The notes under the pieces were generated by a model that was not told the DNA's origin, made no database searches, and worked only from the letters and a program-made list of their open reading frames with translations. A program made the position numbers and the translations under genes. From positions 130,822,001 to 130,886,000 of the forward strand of contig NC_058368.1 of assembly GCF_018350175.1 (NCBI RefSeq): a stretch of 64,000 nt of DNA, read 5' to 3'. Shown one piece after another: positions 1 through 13,210 of the stretch (position 1 is its first letter; every line of letters begins with the position of its first letter). The DNA comes from Felis catus. Lineage: Eukaryota.

Positions 1-194
1 TGATGAACTTCTGCTTAATTTGAAATCCTTGGCAGGTGAAAAATTTTAAGCATATATAAAGATATTATCTGAAAGTCCTAGAAATCACTCTATAATTTTC
101 AAGTAAATCTTATCTCAGAAAATATTTCTAAAAAATGGTAAATTTATAATGACTTTCATTTTAGACTCTCCTCCATCTGTGATGTTGATGGTTT
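1..194 (-). pseudogene. Exon remnant, start of an RGS-like domain (runs off window)
   Basis: Acceptor ...ttttcccag at 195-197. Reads KPSTSQMEESLK*; after a 1-nt shift MKVIINLPFFRNIF*DKIYLKIIE*FLGLSDNIFIYA*NFSPAKDFK, with F..D..FL and L.F..A.DFK spacing like RGS helices 1-4. The two TGA stops fit CGA decay. Confidence 0.5.
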
Positions 195-273
195 CTGGGA
201 AAAAAAAATAAAAATATGATTTATAATGATCTTGCTCCCTGAGAAACTATAGACATTCTTTTAATGTACTCAC

Positions 274-354
274 ATCTGATCTTTTTGAAGTTGAAAACTG
301 AAACCTCACGTTTTCTGTCACAGGTTGTATAAAGTGATTACTTATATTGGCAAC
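274..354 (-). pseudogene. Exon remnant (81 nt, phase 0-0)
   Basis: Acceptor ccttttttgacttgtaatatcttag, donor GAT|gtgagt, open frame VANISNHFIQPVTENVRFQFSTSKRSD, 79-nt downstream intron. Confidence 0.65.
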
Positions 355-849
355 CTAAGATATTACAAGTCAAAAAAGGATGCACGATTGTTTTTTATGA
401 ACAAAAGTTAACATATGTTTTTGAGATTATAAAACCCATGTGCAATTAAAAAGTGCTCACTTATTCTATGCCCCCATTCATCTATTCATTGATCAAATAT
501 ATGCCCCTAAGTGCCATTATGCATCAACACTTTATGTAGACTAGGCCTTTTGTTTCAGGTCCCGATTCTCACTTAAGTGCCTCGTACAAAATTTTTCAAT
601 AAAAATCTTTTTATCAGACCAAAAAAGAGATGACAATAAGGTACACACCATTAGATGTGAATCCAGATGTGTCTTGAGGTCATTTTCTAAATTTATGATC
701 AAGGTAAGATTAGTTTCAAATACTATTGGATGCCTTCTAAAATGTCCAATGCAGTGTCTTTTTCTGATCATCTCTGGGGTCTTAAGGTCTTAAGATCATT
801 CCTTGGTTCAAATTCTGGTCTCCACGGAATTCCTTTTCCCCTCTCTGTG

Positions 850-2730
850 TCTTGCTGCAAGCCCAAAACTGAATTTGGCATTTAAACATTATACATGGTC
901 CAGACACTCTTTTATGTAAATTAGTTGTCAACATACAGAGATCAGGAAATTTTATCCCAGATGTCAAGATACACCACACAAAGCTACAGTTATCAAAGCA
1001 ATATGATACTGGCACAAAAATCGGCACATAGATGAATGGAAAAAAATAGCCCAGGAATAAACCAATACCTATGTGATCAACTAATCTATGATAAAGGAGA
1101 CAAGCATATACAGTGGGGGAAAAGACAGCCTTTTCAATAAATGATGTAGGGAAAACTGGATAGCTACATGAAAAAGAATGAAACTGGTCCACTGTCTTAT
1201 AGCATACACAAAAATCAACTCAAAATGGAACTAGGAACTAAACGTGAGACCGGAAGTCATAAAATTCCTAGAAGAAAACAGAGGCAATTATCTCTTTAAC
1301 ATTGGTCTTAACATCACTTTTTAGGTATGTCTCCTTAAGAAAGGGATATAAGAGCAAAATTAAACTATCGGGACTATACCAAAAGAGAATACTTTTTCAC
1401 AGTAAAAGAAATCATCAACAAAATAAAAAGGCAACCTCGTGAGTGGGAAAAGATATTTGCAAATAACTTGTCCGATAAGGGGTTAATACCCAAAATGTAT
1501 AAAGAGTAAAACTCAACACCAAACAAAAAATAGGTAAATAAATCTGTTTTTAAAATAGGCAGAGGACCTGAATAGACATTCTTCCAATTAAGATACAAAG
1601 ATGGCCAACATGCACTTGAGAAGATGCTCAATATCTCTAATCATCAGAGAGGTGGAAGCCAAAACCACAATGAGATACCGCCTCACAGATGTCAGAATAG
1701 CTATCATCAAAAGGACAAGACACAGCAAGTGTTGGTGAGGGTGTGGAGAAAAAGAAACCCTCATGAGCTGTTGGTGGGAATGCAAATTGGCGCAGCCACT
1801 ATGGAAAACAGTATGGAGGTTCCACAAAAAAATAAAAATATAAATACCATATGACCCAGTAATTCTACTACTGGGTATTTACTAAAAGAAACCAAAAACA
1901 CTAAATTGAAAAGATATGCCTAAAACTATGTTTATTGCAGCATTATTTACAATAGGTAAGATATGGGAGCACCACAAGCATCTGTCAATAAACAAATGGA
2001 TAAAGAAGATGAGTATATACTACACAATGGAATATTAGCCATAATAAAAAAAGGAAATCTTGCCATTTTCAACAACATGAATGGACCTAGAGAGTATAAT
2101 GGTAAGTGAGGTAAGTCTGACAGAGAAAGAAAAACACCTCATGATTTTACTTCTATTTGCAATCTAAAACAACAAAATGAACAAACAAAGCAGGAAGAGA
2201 TCTACAAATACAGAGAACAAACTGGTGGTGCTCGAGGAAGGAGCGGGTGGGGAGATGGGCAAAATGGCTGAGTGGAAAGTACAGGCTTCCAGTTATGGAA
2301 GTCAAGGTGATGAAAGCCACAGTGTAAGGAATATAGTCAATGTCATTTTAACAGTGTTGTGCGGTGACAGATGGTAGCTACACTTGTGATGAGCATGGCA
2401 TAGTACATGGAATTGTTGAGTCACTATGTTGTACACCTGAAACTGAGGTAACATTGTGTGTCCACTCTATTTCAGTTTAAAAAATCAGGAGATTTTACGT
2501 AAATGCCAAACTCTTGGGATTATTTTAAAAAATAGCAAGAAATATCTTCACTGAACCCCTATTGCCCAAGGCAATAATCTACTACAGCTGATTTTCAGGA
2601 AGCTCCTTTCCAGTGAAGTGTCTTTTATCCAGATCACCCTGTCTTCCTTATCCTATGTATATACTGCAGGCTTCACTTATTTTTCAGTAAGTCCCTGAAT
2701 CACAGAGAGAGGAGTTTACAAGCCTACTTC
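850..2730. mobile_element. Ancient hAT-Charlie MITE (MER102-like) split by an L1 insertion
   Basis: Flanks rejoin as ttagttgtcaaca..atcaggagattttac..ggcttcacttattt..gagtttacaagcc, resembling the recalled MER102 consensus. Confidence 0.45.
955..2483 (+). mobile_element. 5'-truncated carnivore L1 (ORF2 3' part + 3'UTR), degraded
   Basis: Typical L1 ORF2 C-terminal and 3'UTR sequence; TSD atcagga(a/g)atttta at 941-954 and 2484-2497. Confidence 0.9.
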
Positions 2731-3519
2731 ATATCAATCTAGTATTGACCCAAATGTGCAACTGAGCCCCCTTCTTTAAATCTCTCTCTCTCACACACAC
2801 AAATATACACTTATGCATGTTCATGTACATATGATACCCATGTAAATATACCATATTTATGGAAGGAGACCAATGTAAAGGGACAGTTGATGTTGTATTA
2901 CAGCAAATGGCCTAAATTTGGCAACGAACCTTTTAATCTCTGGGTCACAGACCATGGTTTCTTTAGTCATACAGCTCTTCTCTCAAATTCCTATTCACTT
3001 CTATTTAAAGCATTTTTTCTTTATACCATAATAAATCCTTCCTTCAAGTGTCAAGCTCCAATAAAAGGAACATTTTAAATTATTTTCTAAACAAAGGTAG
3101 TTTCTTTCCTAAGTATAATTATCTTTCAGCTGTGAAGATACCTTTTTTTTCATTCCTCTAAAGATCCAGGGCTAGTTTTCAACCAGCATTTTCTTTTAGC
3201 CTTAATTAAATCCCTTAAGAGTGATATAGGCAAAATATTACCAAGAGTCTAAAGGTAAAGCCTAGCAAGATAGAAAAGATAATTTTCAAAGTTGGTGCAT
3301 GAATTCTAAGTTTTAAAATGTATCTTTTGACCCCTGGAAGTTAACCAAACTTTGCATCAGTCAACCTAGGTAACACGATTAAGAATGATAACTCTTTTTT
3401 TCCAAGCCCTTCGGTTTGGAAAAGAGGCTAATTATTGCCTGAGAAAAACAACTGTGCATAAATGTTATTTCTGACATTTATCATTTTAACGAACAGAATA
3501 ATCAAGGTGGGAGGAAGGG

Positions 3520-3841
3520 GTGGTTAGTTTGCTCAGTCTTCTATAAAATGTTCCCCAGACTGAGTAGCTTAAACAGAAATTTACGTTCTCAGTATTCTGG
3601 AGGCTAGGACTGGCTTTTGAGGTCCCTCTTCTTAGACTGCACTAGTCCTCTTCTCCCTGTCATGTGGGTGTCTCCTAATCAACTCTTCTAAAGGTGTCAT
3701 GCTAGATTAAGCTCTGACCTCCTGACCTCACTTTAAGTTAGTTACCACTGGAAAGACTCTAAATCTCTAAATACAGTCACATTTCTCAAGTACTGGGGTT
3801 AGGACTTTTGAATTTGGGGGGACACAATTCAGCCCATAACA
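3520..3841 (-). mobile_element. MaLR LTR (MLT1-type)
   Basis: Ends ggggacacaattcagcccataaca, reverse complement of the MLT1 start. Confidence 0.75.
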
Positions 3842-4039
3842 AGGGTTATAAATGTGACCTATGTTCTAGCTCAAAATTGTTCTAAGAAAAGACTGACGCC
3901 ACATTGTTATTTTTTGGAATGTTTGAATCAGAAGACAGGATGTTTTAGGACTCTGCCAAACAAAACATCCAGCGTAAGGTGAGAAACAGCTGGGTTGAGA
4001 TGGTTATGGAGGTTGTTGGTGAGACTCACAAATCTTCTA

Positions 4040-4380
4040 GGGCACTTGTCTTTGAGCGACATGGGGGGTTTCCCAACTTCCAGTCACAATTCTCTGATTT
4101 TCTTTAACCAATGGTTCTAAGCATATGTGACCTATGTCCAATGCTTGAACAGCCAATGTGTGATTTATTTCTTACTCCTCACTCTGCTGAAGTGATCATT
4201 CAAGTCCTGCCAGGATGGCATGCATTAGTCTGAGTCCCTACAAACCCAGGAGACAGAGAGATCCCTCCTGACCTACAATGAAAATACAAGGATGATAAAG
4301 AAATAAGCCCTTGTGTTCAGCACTGAGATTTGGGGGTTGCTTCTTAGTGCAGCACAATTAATTCATCTTGATCAACTCAG
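4040..4380 (+). mobile_element. Old MaLR LTR (MLT1H-K-like)
   Basis: 3' motif cactgagatttgggggttgc...gcagca. Confidence 0.5.
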
Positions 4381-4936
4381 TGGGAAAAACACAGAAGACG
4401 ATATCTTTAATCACATTATAGCCAGTTTCACAAACCTATTGGCTATTTTCAATTTAAGTATTGCAACATGAACCAAAGACTTCATCTACAATATTTCCCT
4501 GTATCTAAGATGCCAGGATGTTAACATACATGTCAATTTGAAAGAGATAAACATGTAAAAAACATGCATCTTGGGATTTGTAAAATGTAGAATGTAAAAA
4601 TAAAGGTATTTTTACTCAGATGGTAACTTGGTGTCTCATTGTGACTGATGCACTTTTTATTACTGGTAGAGTTGACGAACTCTCCATACGTATTTAAATT
4701 CAAATGAATTTTGCTTTTCCATGATTGGACTGTTCACAGTATTTACACACCTATCTACCGGGATCTCAGTGTGCTTAATCTGTAAATGTTTTCTTGATTA
4801 CAGGTTTCAGTAAGTATGGCATTGCCTGTATTGAGATAGGAAAACAAAAAAGAAAATATTATGGCTATACATGGCTAGAGATGAGCAAGGGCAGAGGTTG
4901 CTTTTCTATCTTTATCCCAGGTGACTTCAGCATTAC

Positions 4937-5103
4937 CTTTCGCCATCAGATTGTGATTTGATGATGAAAAGAACTCAGAATATAGTTGATTCAACTTAAT
5001 TAGTTAATTAGTGACTCTCTCAGCAATATGGGATAAGCTTGTTACTCTGGAGATCAATGCATAAGGAGAGCCTTTATTTGATTGCTAAATATTCTCGTCA
5101 CAC
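4937..5103 (-). pseudogene. Exon remnant (167 nt), end of an RGS-like domain
   Basis: Acceptor ttaacattcctggtttag, donor AAG|gtaatg. Phase-1 start matches the 11066 exon: VTRIFSNQIKALLMH*...; shifted frame LIKLNQLYSEFFSS. Several stops. Confidence 0.55.
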
Positions 5104-5898
5104 CTAAACCAGGAATGTTAATTAAAATAAGCTTGATGATACAGCATGGTTCTAACCATTTTCTCTGTTATCTCCTATAGTCTTGTTCTATGCTGTTTTC
5201 TCTTTATATTTTGCTTCACCACGTACAGAAGCCAAATTCTACTACTCATCGAATATGTTAATACTCACATTATTTTCTTAGCCATTTGTCTTCTCTTGTG
5301 GATAGGGCACAGATTAGCTATACCTGCTACTCTAATCATTATTTCATTTACACCCTCAACAAATATTTAAGTGGTCAATAAATTTTCCTGCCCAATTCAG
5401 GATGTTTTATAGTCAGTACTGATATAACTAAGTGAAGGTCCAGCTTGTACTTATGTAATTACATGAATGCCAGAGTTGAGAAGGCTACACGGTGACGGGA
5501 AAAAGAAGCATTGGCTCTTTAGAGCCTCAGTCACATAAATTTTTTTTCTTTTATTAAAAAAATGACATGGAATTTAGAGCAGCTGATCCAACACAGCCTG
5601 CAGGGCATGACCCAGTCTGTTTAAACAAGAACTGTTCTAATGTTCTGTAAACCACTCATAACATAGCTGGCTTGCCTTTGAAAGTCCTAGCATGTAGACT
5701 GGGCTGGAAAAATAGTGAAGGCAGAAAATATTCTCTTGCTCATTAATACCTAAAAAGATGTATTCCCTAATTCAGTCTTGCTGTTATTACAGGCCAACTG
5801 TCTAGTACCTTTTAATGTCAAGCTGCATCAGCATGAACATCCTGGCCTCTACAGCCAGCAGTAGTTAAGCATACAGCTTTTAAAAATAGTCTCCATCT

Positions 5899-6067
5899 GG
5901 GGCACCTGGGTGGCTCAGTCGGTTAAGTGTCTGACTTTGGCTCAGGTCCTTATCTCATTTGAGTTCTAGCCCTGCATCAGGCTCTGTGCTGACAGCTCAG
6001 CTTGTGAGCCCTGCTTGTGCGCTCATTCTCTCTCTCTCTCTCTCTCAAAAATAAATAAATAAATTTA
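5899..6067 (+). mobile_element. Can-SINE with internal deletion
   Basis: ggggcacctgggtggctcag head, (CT)n, A-tail; TSD aaaaatagtctccatct. Confidence 0.9.
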
Positions 6068-7719
6068 AAAAATAGTCTCCATCTGTAAACAGCTGCCCAC
6101 ATCACCTGTTATGACCCACCAAAGTCAAAATTACCTTGCTCATAAAAGCCCAAGAATTACACATCTGTCCTCTCCAGAAGTTGTACTCTCTCCACATTCA
6201 GTCCCCAAATCCCATTCCTTCCCTATTCCTTAATGTTCCTACTCTATTATTAAACGATGGAATAATAGAGGTCAATGAACAACACTTCACTGTTTACCAC
6301 ACAATACGGAACTAACAGAGACCAATGAGTCTCAACAGCAGAGATAGCACATAACGTCTATTATGATAAAGCACTCTGTGTAATATATATTCTTTGTGCA
6401 AGCAAATGGACTTTCTAACACTCATTCCAACTTTGCCTGGGATGTGACCACTTGAGAAAGCATTTGGGTCTAAAGAACAAATAACATTACTTAGATTTGC
6501 TGCTTTGCAGTCAGTCACTTAGTATATAGAGAGGGAAGAGAAGAGATTGAACACTAAATATTTATACCCTTTTATCAGATCAGCTGCACCAAACTGAGAA
6601 ACATCAACCAAAGCCTTCCTGTCAGTAAGCTCAGTCTTCCTCCTTGAGGAGTACTGCTTAGAGGGTTGTAAGTGCTGTTCTAAGCTTATATCCTTTCACA
6701 GGGAATGAGGAATGGGGAGCAGCTAACTCCAACAATGTTTAGATGGTTCAGGATTATAGACAGAACCTCAAGGAACTGGTCTATCCATTACAACAATTAA
6801 ATGCCTATTTCTCTTAGGCTCTTGCTTCCAGGAATATAAAAAATAATTAAGTTTAATCATTGATTATCAGAGCTATCCTTTCTTATTTTTAATATCAGCA
6901 TATACTATAATTATGCTATGGCTTTTTCTAGTAAAACACATTAAATTAACTAGGTTTTTTATCATTGACCTTAGAATTCAATGTGAATACTTTGTAAGAT
7001 TCATTGTTTATTTTCTTGGTTCATCTTTTTTCCCCCTAGAACAAGGCTATTTGGCAATATATTTATAGCCCAATGTTATGAATAGGTATAAGCTTCTTAA
7101 TTAGGAGACCCCATATATTACAGAATACCATCAAAGTAAAATGACAGGTCTGCCATTCTCTAAAAGGATATCTAAGTGGTGTTTACTTGTCAGCTAACCT
7201 TTTAGTTTAAGGGAACACTGAGAAAAATGCACTGGACTCTGTAATAGGAGATCTGGAGTTTACAGTCATTAGCCACTAACTGATTAATGTTGAGATCCAC
7301 CTCATCTTTCCAGGTTTCTGTTTTTTGGTCTGTGGATGAACATTTAGGTGGATAACAGAGTATCAACTAATATGTAACATTTTTCTTTCTACAAAATTAT
7401 TTCAACAGCTCTTACAGTCCTCTAGGAAAGCATTTTGAAATCCCAATTAATATTTTAAGTAGGTTATTTACATAGAAATGAACAGAAGATTGTAGCAAGA
7501 ATTCAGTAAGAGTCAATTGTATTTGTAGATCAGTTGTAACTGAATAAAGAATATTCAACCCGCAAAAATGCTGTTGCCAGGAAGATCAAATTACATATAC
7601 CAAATAGCTAACACATACCAATGGTAGTTGATTAATAAGTCAACTTGGTCCTCCTTCAAAAAAGGTGTATTTAGTTGTAAATAAAGTCAACCTTAAAAAG
7701 AAAACTAAAAGGATCTACA

Positions 7720-8700
7720 ACTGATAAGCAAAAAGAAGTGAGAAAATGGACTCATACAAAATGAACAAGTAAAACCACAGAAAACATAAAAATAGGCGAA
7801 TAGAAATAAGTAACAAAAACAAGTTCAATAAATAAAAAGCAGTTAAAAATATGGTATATGTAAATCCAATTATATAAATCATCACTTTATGGGGCACCTG
7901 GGCGGCTCAGTCAGTTGAGCGTCCAACTTCAGCTCAGGTCATGATCTCGTGGCCTGTAAGTTTGATCCCCGTGTCGGGCTCTGTGCTGACAGCTCAGAGC
8001 CTGGAGCCTGCTTCAGATTCTGTGTCTCTTCCTCTCTCTGCCCCTCCCCTACTCACACTCTGTGTCTGTCTCTCAATAATAAATAAACATTAAAAAAAAT
8101 AAAAAAATAAAAATAAATAAATCACTTTAAATGTGGTTTACATTAAAAGATATATTCTCAGAGTAGATAAAAGAATAAATCAAAGGAGACATAACTATAA
8201 ATTGTGTACATAAATCCACTTTAAATATAAAGACGGAAAAAGTGAAGGGATGTAGAAAGGGGTTCTATGTTAACATTAATCAAAAGTACCAGTATTGATT
8301 TTAGAGAAAGCAGCCTTCAGAATTAGGAACAAGGATGTGGTGGTCATTTCTCCAAGAAGACACAGTAGTCATTAACATGTATCCAGCTAACAACAGAACA
8401 TGAAAATACAAGACACATCTGATAGAAATGCAAAGAGAAATAGACAAAACCACTATGAGGTACCACAATACAACCATTAGCATGGCTAAAATAACAACAA
8501 CAACAAAATGGCAGTATCATATGAAGAAGCATAGCAACTGTAACTCTCAACATTTGCTGATGTGAAGGCCAAACAATAATGCCATTTTAGTAAAACAAGA
8601 GTTTGGTAGAATCCTATAAATTTAACATGTGGTTATTGTATCAGCCAGCTATCCCATTTCTACATATCTACCCAAGAATTAAAACTTATGTTCCATTAGC
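7720..8700 (+). mobile_element. Ancient L1 fragments (ORF2 endonuclease region + 3' part), interrupted by a SINE
   Basis: Degraded L1-like A-rich sequence (atcactttaaatgtg..., actatgaggtaccac...). Confidence 0.6.
7891..8120 (+). mobile_element. Can-SINE (feliform)
   Basis: Full head, body and tail; partial TSD atcacttta. Confidence 0.9.
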
Positions 8701-8809
8701 TAACCGGCATTTAAATGCTTCGGCATTCAATCTCTCTCCCCTATTGCAGTAATCTTGAATAAAGTCTGCCTTAGTATTTTTAGCAAGTGTTCAGTCTAAT
8801 TTCTCTAGA

Positions 8810-9010
8810 CAGTGTTTACAATGTGCCAACCACTCTATTAAGCTTTCAATAGGTATCATCTTGTTCAATCCTCACAGAATCCTCAAGGTAGGTGTTATTA
8901 TCATCCCCAACTACATGTGAGAATATTAAAACTATGAAAGGTGAATTAACTTGCCAAGAGTCACATCATTTTTTAATGGAAGCACCTAGGAGACTTACTC
9001 TTAATCACTA
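8810..9010 (-). mobile_element. MIR
   Basis: aatcctcac...ggtaggtgttattatcatcccc...taacttgccaag core. Confidence 0.7.
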
Positions 9011-9164
9011 TATCACATATATTCTGACAAAATAAGGTCTTTCTCTAGGGAACAGCCAATACTGCTTTTAAAAATATTCTTTTCCTTATAATCATCATTC
9101 TATTTTGGTTGTATTTGATCCTCATAATTAGGTAAGAAGCTAAAAGAATCGAACACCCTAAAAG

Positions 9165-9700
9165 AGCCAAACAAAATATGGAAGCAACATAAATGTCCAC
9201 TGATAGAAGGATGGATAAGGAATATGTGAGAGAGACACACACACAATTACACAGCCACAAAAAAAAAAGAATGTAACTGTGCCATTTGTAACAACACGAA
9301 CTTAGGAGATATTATGCTAAGTGAAATAAGTCAGAATGAAAAAGAGAAAAACAACAAGATTTCACTCATAAGTAGAATCTAAAAAAAATGAACAAACAAA
9401 AAGCAAAATCAGACCCATAAATACTAAGAAGAAACTGGTAGTTGACAGAGGGGGGGAGGGGAGAGCAAAACTGTGGAGGGGAATGGGAGATACAAGCTTC
9501 CAGATATGGAATGAGTAAGTCATGGGAATAAAAGTCACAGCACAGGGAATATGGCCAATAATATTGGAATAGCATTGAATGATGAGAGACGGTGGCTGTC
9601 TTTGTGGTGAGCACAGTCTAACATACAGAGAAGTTGAATCACAATGTTGTACACCTGCAACTAATGTAACATTATGTGTCAACTATACTCAAATAAAATA
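9165..9700 (+). mobile_element. Carnivore L1 3' end
   Basis: ggaagcaacataaatgtccac...tgttgtacacctgcaactaatgtaac. Confidence 0.85.
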
Positions 9701-9708
9701 ATATTCTT

Positions 9709-9930
9709 TTTTTTAAATATTTTTTTAACGTTTATTTATTTTTGAGACAGAGAGAGACAGAGCATGAACGGGGGAGGGGCAGAGAGAGAGAGGGGGACAC
9801 AGAATGGGAAGCAGGCTCCAGGCTCTGAGCCGTCAGCCCAGAGCCCGACGCGGGGCTCGAACTCACGGACCGCGAGATCGTGACCTGGCTGAAGTCGGAC
9901 GCTTAACCGACTGCGCCACCCAGGCGCCCC
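9709..9930 (-). mobile_element. Young felid SINE (SINEC_Fc-like)
   Basis: CpG-intact; perfect 18-bp TSD aaataaaataatattctt. Confidence 0.95.
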
Positions 9931-11065
9931 AAATAAAATAATATTCTTAATAAGTAAAAAAGCCTCCAAAGTTCCTGGAAGGTGAATTAAGTCTGGAAAC
10001 TAGACTATTTTTGCCCTGTTTTATAATCTACTAGCTTCTCCCCTTCACATGGAAATCGTTTCGAGTATTAGAGTCTTCAGTGAGTATAAAGGTACTTCAT
10101 TCTTTATGTAAAATTTTCACTGGGTAAAATTGAAAATTCCCACAGCAACTAATACGTCAAGTCAAAAATTAGATAGGAAAGAAGGTTCAAGGTGAAATGC
10201 CAATCAAAGCCAAAATCCAAGTCTATTATTTCTGTGAGACATCTTAAAGAATAATATGATGAAAAAAACAGTGAGAAGCTTTGGTCAATGTCTTGACAGT
10301 TTACTCAGTAATAAGGTAATCTCTGTAATAAGACAAAATGACACAAAGAAAAGCTTAAATATGCAATGAGGTATGCGTTGTCATATATTTTGAGTTTGTA
10401 AATTATTCCTAAGGGAAACATCATTGCTTTCTTTAGAGATTGAAATATTATTTATTTTAATAACCAAACAGTAAGACAGTTAATGTGACTTTCAAAATAT
10501 TCCTGACTTTATAAAAATACTTTGTTAATATCAATGATCACATATTTGAAAGTATGAACTTACTGCCATTACATTCCTAAAAATTCACAGGGGAATATTT
10601 TATCACATGGACGTATATGGTCAGTGAAGACCTATCATTCTTAAAAGGAAGAACACTATTTCTTATCACAAATATTTTTTTTTTCACTAGAACCCAGTCA
10701 TTCTTAGGGTTGACTTGATTTTAAGCAACTCAGATACCTAATGAATTGTTGAGAATCACTGAAAAAAAGTCAAAATCAGAGTTGAAAGTCAGCCTCATTC
10801 AAATATACAAAACACTCACCAGTAGGAAGCTTCTTTCCTTCCTTTTATCTCTCCCTTTTCCCTTCTCTATCCTCCTTGCCTCCTTCCCTCTTCCTTTCTG
10901 CTTTGCTTTCTTTAATGTAAATGTAATCCTTTTTGTTGTGTACATAAGATAGTCAAATGAAGTTATTACCCAAAAGTTCAGGATCCCTATCTAATTCGTT
11001 CTATCAAGTGTGCTGGGTATTCTAATTATGAATGTTGAATTTTTCCTCTTCCTAATCAGACTTAC

Positions 11066-11114
11066 TAAAATATTCTGAATTACTGTGATAGAGGAGAGGT
11101 TGAAGTTTTTTCAT
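11066..11114 (-). pseudogene. Exon remnant (49 nt)
   Basis: Acceptor tttttatttgttggctcag, donor TTA|gtaagt, open frame MKKLQPLLYHSNSEYF (phase 0-1). Confidence 0.55.
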
Positions 11115-11279
11115 CTGAGCCAACAAATAAAAATGACCAAATTCATAGGAGATTAATATTTAAAATTCTAAGCTAATGCATCTCTACGGTCTTAAATAAA
11201 AAGAGGATGAATCACCAAACCTGGAAGGAAAATAATTTCTTTCAGTATCTGGGCCAGAGTGGAAGAAAACTATCCATAC

Positions 11280-11409
11280 CTGGAATGACTAACATAATCT
11301 TTTTTTCAAGTTGCACACAGAGAACTTTCTCAGGTCTTTCTGTCTCCTTGTATATTCTTGTCAGGTACATATTAGAAAAAAAATTAATTAGACACCTTTT
11401 AGAAAACAT
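11280..11409 (-). pseudogene. Exon remnant (130 nt)
   Basis: Acceptor atgcttatgtttag, donor CAG|gtatgg, open frame MFSKRCLINFFSNMYLTRIYKETERPEKVLCVQLEKKIMLVIP. Phase does not match the next exon (frameshift implied). Confidence 0.45.
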
Positions 11410-11491
11410 CTAAACATAAGCATTTGCATACTAATCACAAAGAAACTTAAACTGACAAAAGCAAGAGTTAAGAAATAGTTGTAATGTTCTT

Positions 11492-11710
11492 GTTTTTTTA
11501 ATGTTTAATTTTGAGAGAGAGATTGAGCACGTAAGCGGGGTAGGGGCAGAGAGAAAGAGGGAGACAGAATCCAAAGGAGGCTGCAGGCTCCAAGCTGTCA
11601 GCGCACAGACAGATGCTGCAGAGCCTGGTGCAGGGCTTGAATTCACCAACTCTGAGAGCAGGATCTGAGTTCAGGTCAGATGCTTAAGGGACTGAACCAC
11701 CCAGGTGTGC
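11492..11710 (-). mobile_element. Can-SINE (older)
   Basis: Diverged SINE body next to the tail of an L1. Confidence 0.85.
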
Positions 11711-11724
11711 TCCCCTCCTTTCTT

Positions 11725-12101
11725 AAACAAAAATTCAAGTTAGTTAACACAAAGTGTAGTCTTGGCTTCAGGAGTAAAACCCAGTGATTTGTCTCTTACA
11801 TATGACACACAGTGCTCATCCCAACAGACGTCGACCTCGATGCCCATCACCCATTTAGCCCATCCTCTGACCCACCACTCCTCCAGCAACCCTCAGTTTG
11901 TTCTCTGTATTTCAAAGTCTCTTTGGTTTGCCTCCATGTTTCTAACTAGTTTTCCTTCCCTTCCTCTATTTTCATCTGTAGCGTTTCTCAAACTCCACAT
12001 ATGAGTGAAATTATGTATCTGTACTTCTCTGACTTATCTCACTTAGCATAATACCCTCTAGTGAAGAAATGGGCAGAAGATATGAACAGACACATTTCCA
12101 A
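11725..12101 (-). mobile_element. L1 3'UTR with inverted 5' segment
   Basis: Minus-strand L1 3'UTR to ~12062, then plus-strand ORF2 piece aaatgggcagaagatatgaacagacacatttccaaa. Confidence 0.8.
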
Positions 12102-12814
12102 AGGTGTAACATTTTTAAGTTTCTAATTCATGCTTCTGAAAACACTTATGTGTTATCTCATATATTCAAAGTGCTAATCTAGATGCTACAGAGGTTTCAC
12201 AAAACATGGCAGATCTTTAGCTTCAAAAAGCTTAGGTTTAGTATGAAACAAGGACAGTAAATAAATGTTATGTGGTATTACAAGGATTGATCAATAAAGC
12301 ATCGTAGCTGATTAAACAAGGAGAAACGGTGCATCTGGTAGAAGAAATCAGAGAAAGAGCCATGAGGTACTAACATCTGAGCCATTCATTGGTGAACAGA
12401 ATTTTAGACGGAGATGGAGAGATCTCTTCAAAGCAAGAAAATTAAGAGATTTGTGTTTAGAAGACTTTTTTGACTCAGCAAAAAGAGTGGCTGATGGAGA
12501 AAAGATATCAGCCATGAGATGGAAGAAGGGTGCTGGCAAACACTCTTTGCCAAATCTGGAAGAAAAATAAGCTCTTACAGAAAGGAGATTATGGAGAAAC
12601 TTGTGGAGAGGAGAATGGAGTTAGGTAAAGATTATTTTGATGATAATGTCCACAGATGTATATTAAGGCCTTTGATGTACTGGTAATATATCTCTACACC
12701 ATCAACTCCCACTACCGCAGTCTGCCATTTTAAAGTCCCAGCTAAACAAACTGGCATCTTGTGGGTGTTTTGAGAGCATGTATGCCTTCAGGCACTGACT
12801 TTTCCATATACCGT

Positions 12815-13210
12815 CTGTATCACTTAATTATTGCTGCTTAATAAGGACCAACCCAGACTCTGTAGCATGAAACCACACTAATGTATTCTTATAGCTCACT
12901 CACTTATGCCTTAGTTGTGGATCCAGTGATCTCAGTTTGGTTGGGTCATTCATCTACAGGTGGGCTGGGGTCTGGCTTGGGCTGGGCTTGGCTACTGAAA
13001 CTTAGCTGGGGCAGCTCTATTCCACATGTCTCTCATTTTCCCACTGGAGCGAATAGGCAATTCTAGGCATATCTTTATGTTGGCAATAACCACGGCTAAA
13101 TATGACAAGCAGATAGTAAGGCTTACTTTAGTGCTCCAATCACCAAATTGCAAGCAAATAGACATTAGTACAAGGAGGGATGTAAGCCTGGATCTTTAAT
13201 ACAATTTACC
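12815..13210 (-). mobile_element. Old MaLR LTR
   Basis: tattgctgcttaataa...gctctattccacatgtctctcat motifs. Confidence 0.55.

Noticed and set aside
156..354. Reading ...KRSD|KPSTSQMEESLK* as the true C-terminus of an intact gene
   Set aside because: Upstream exons in the chain contain stops, and an RGS-like pattern continues past the stop in a shifted frame, so the stop looks like a frameshift product
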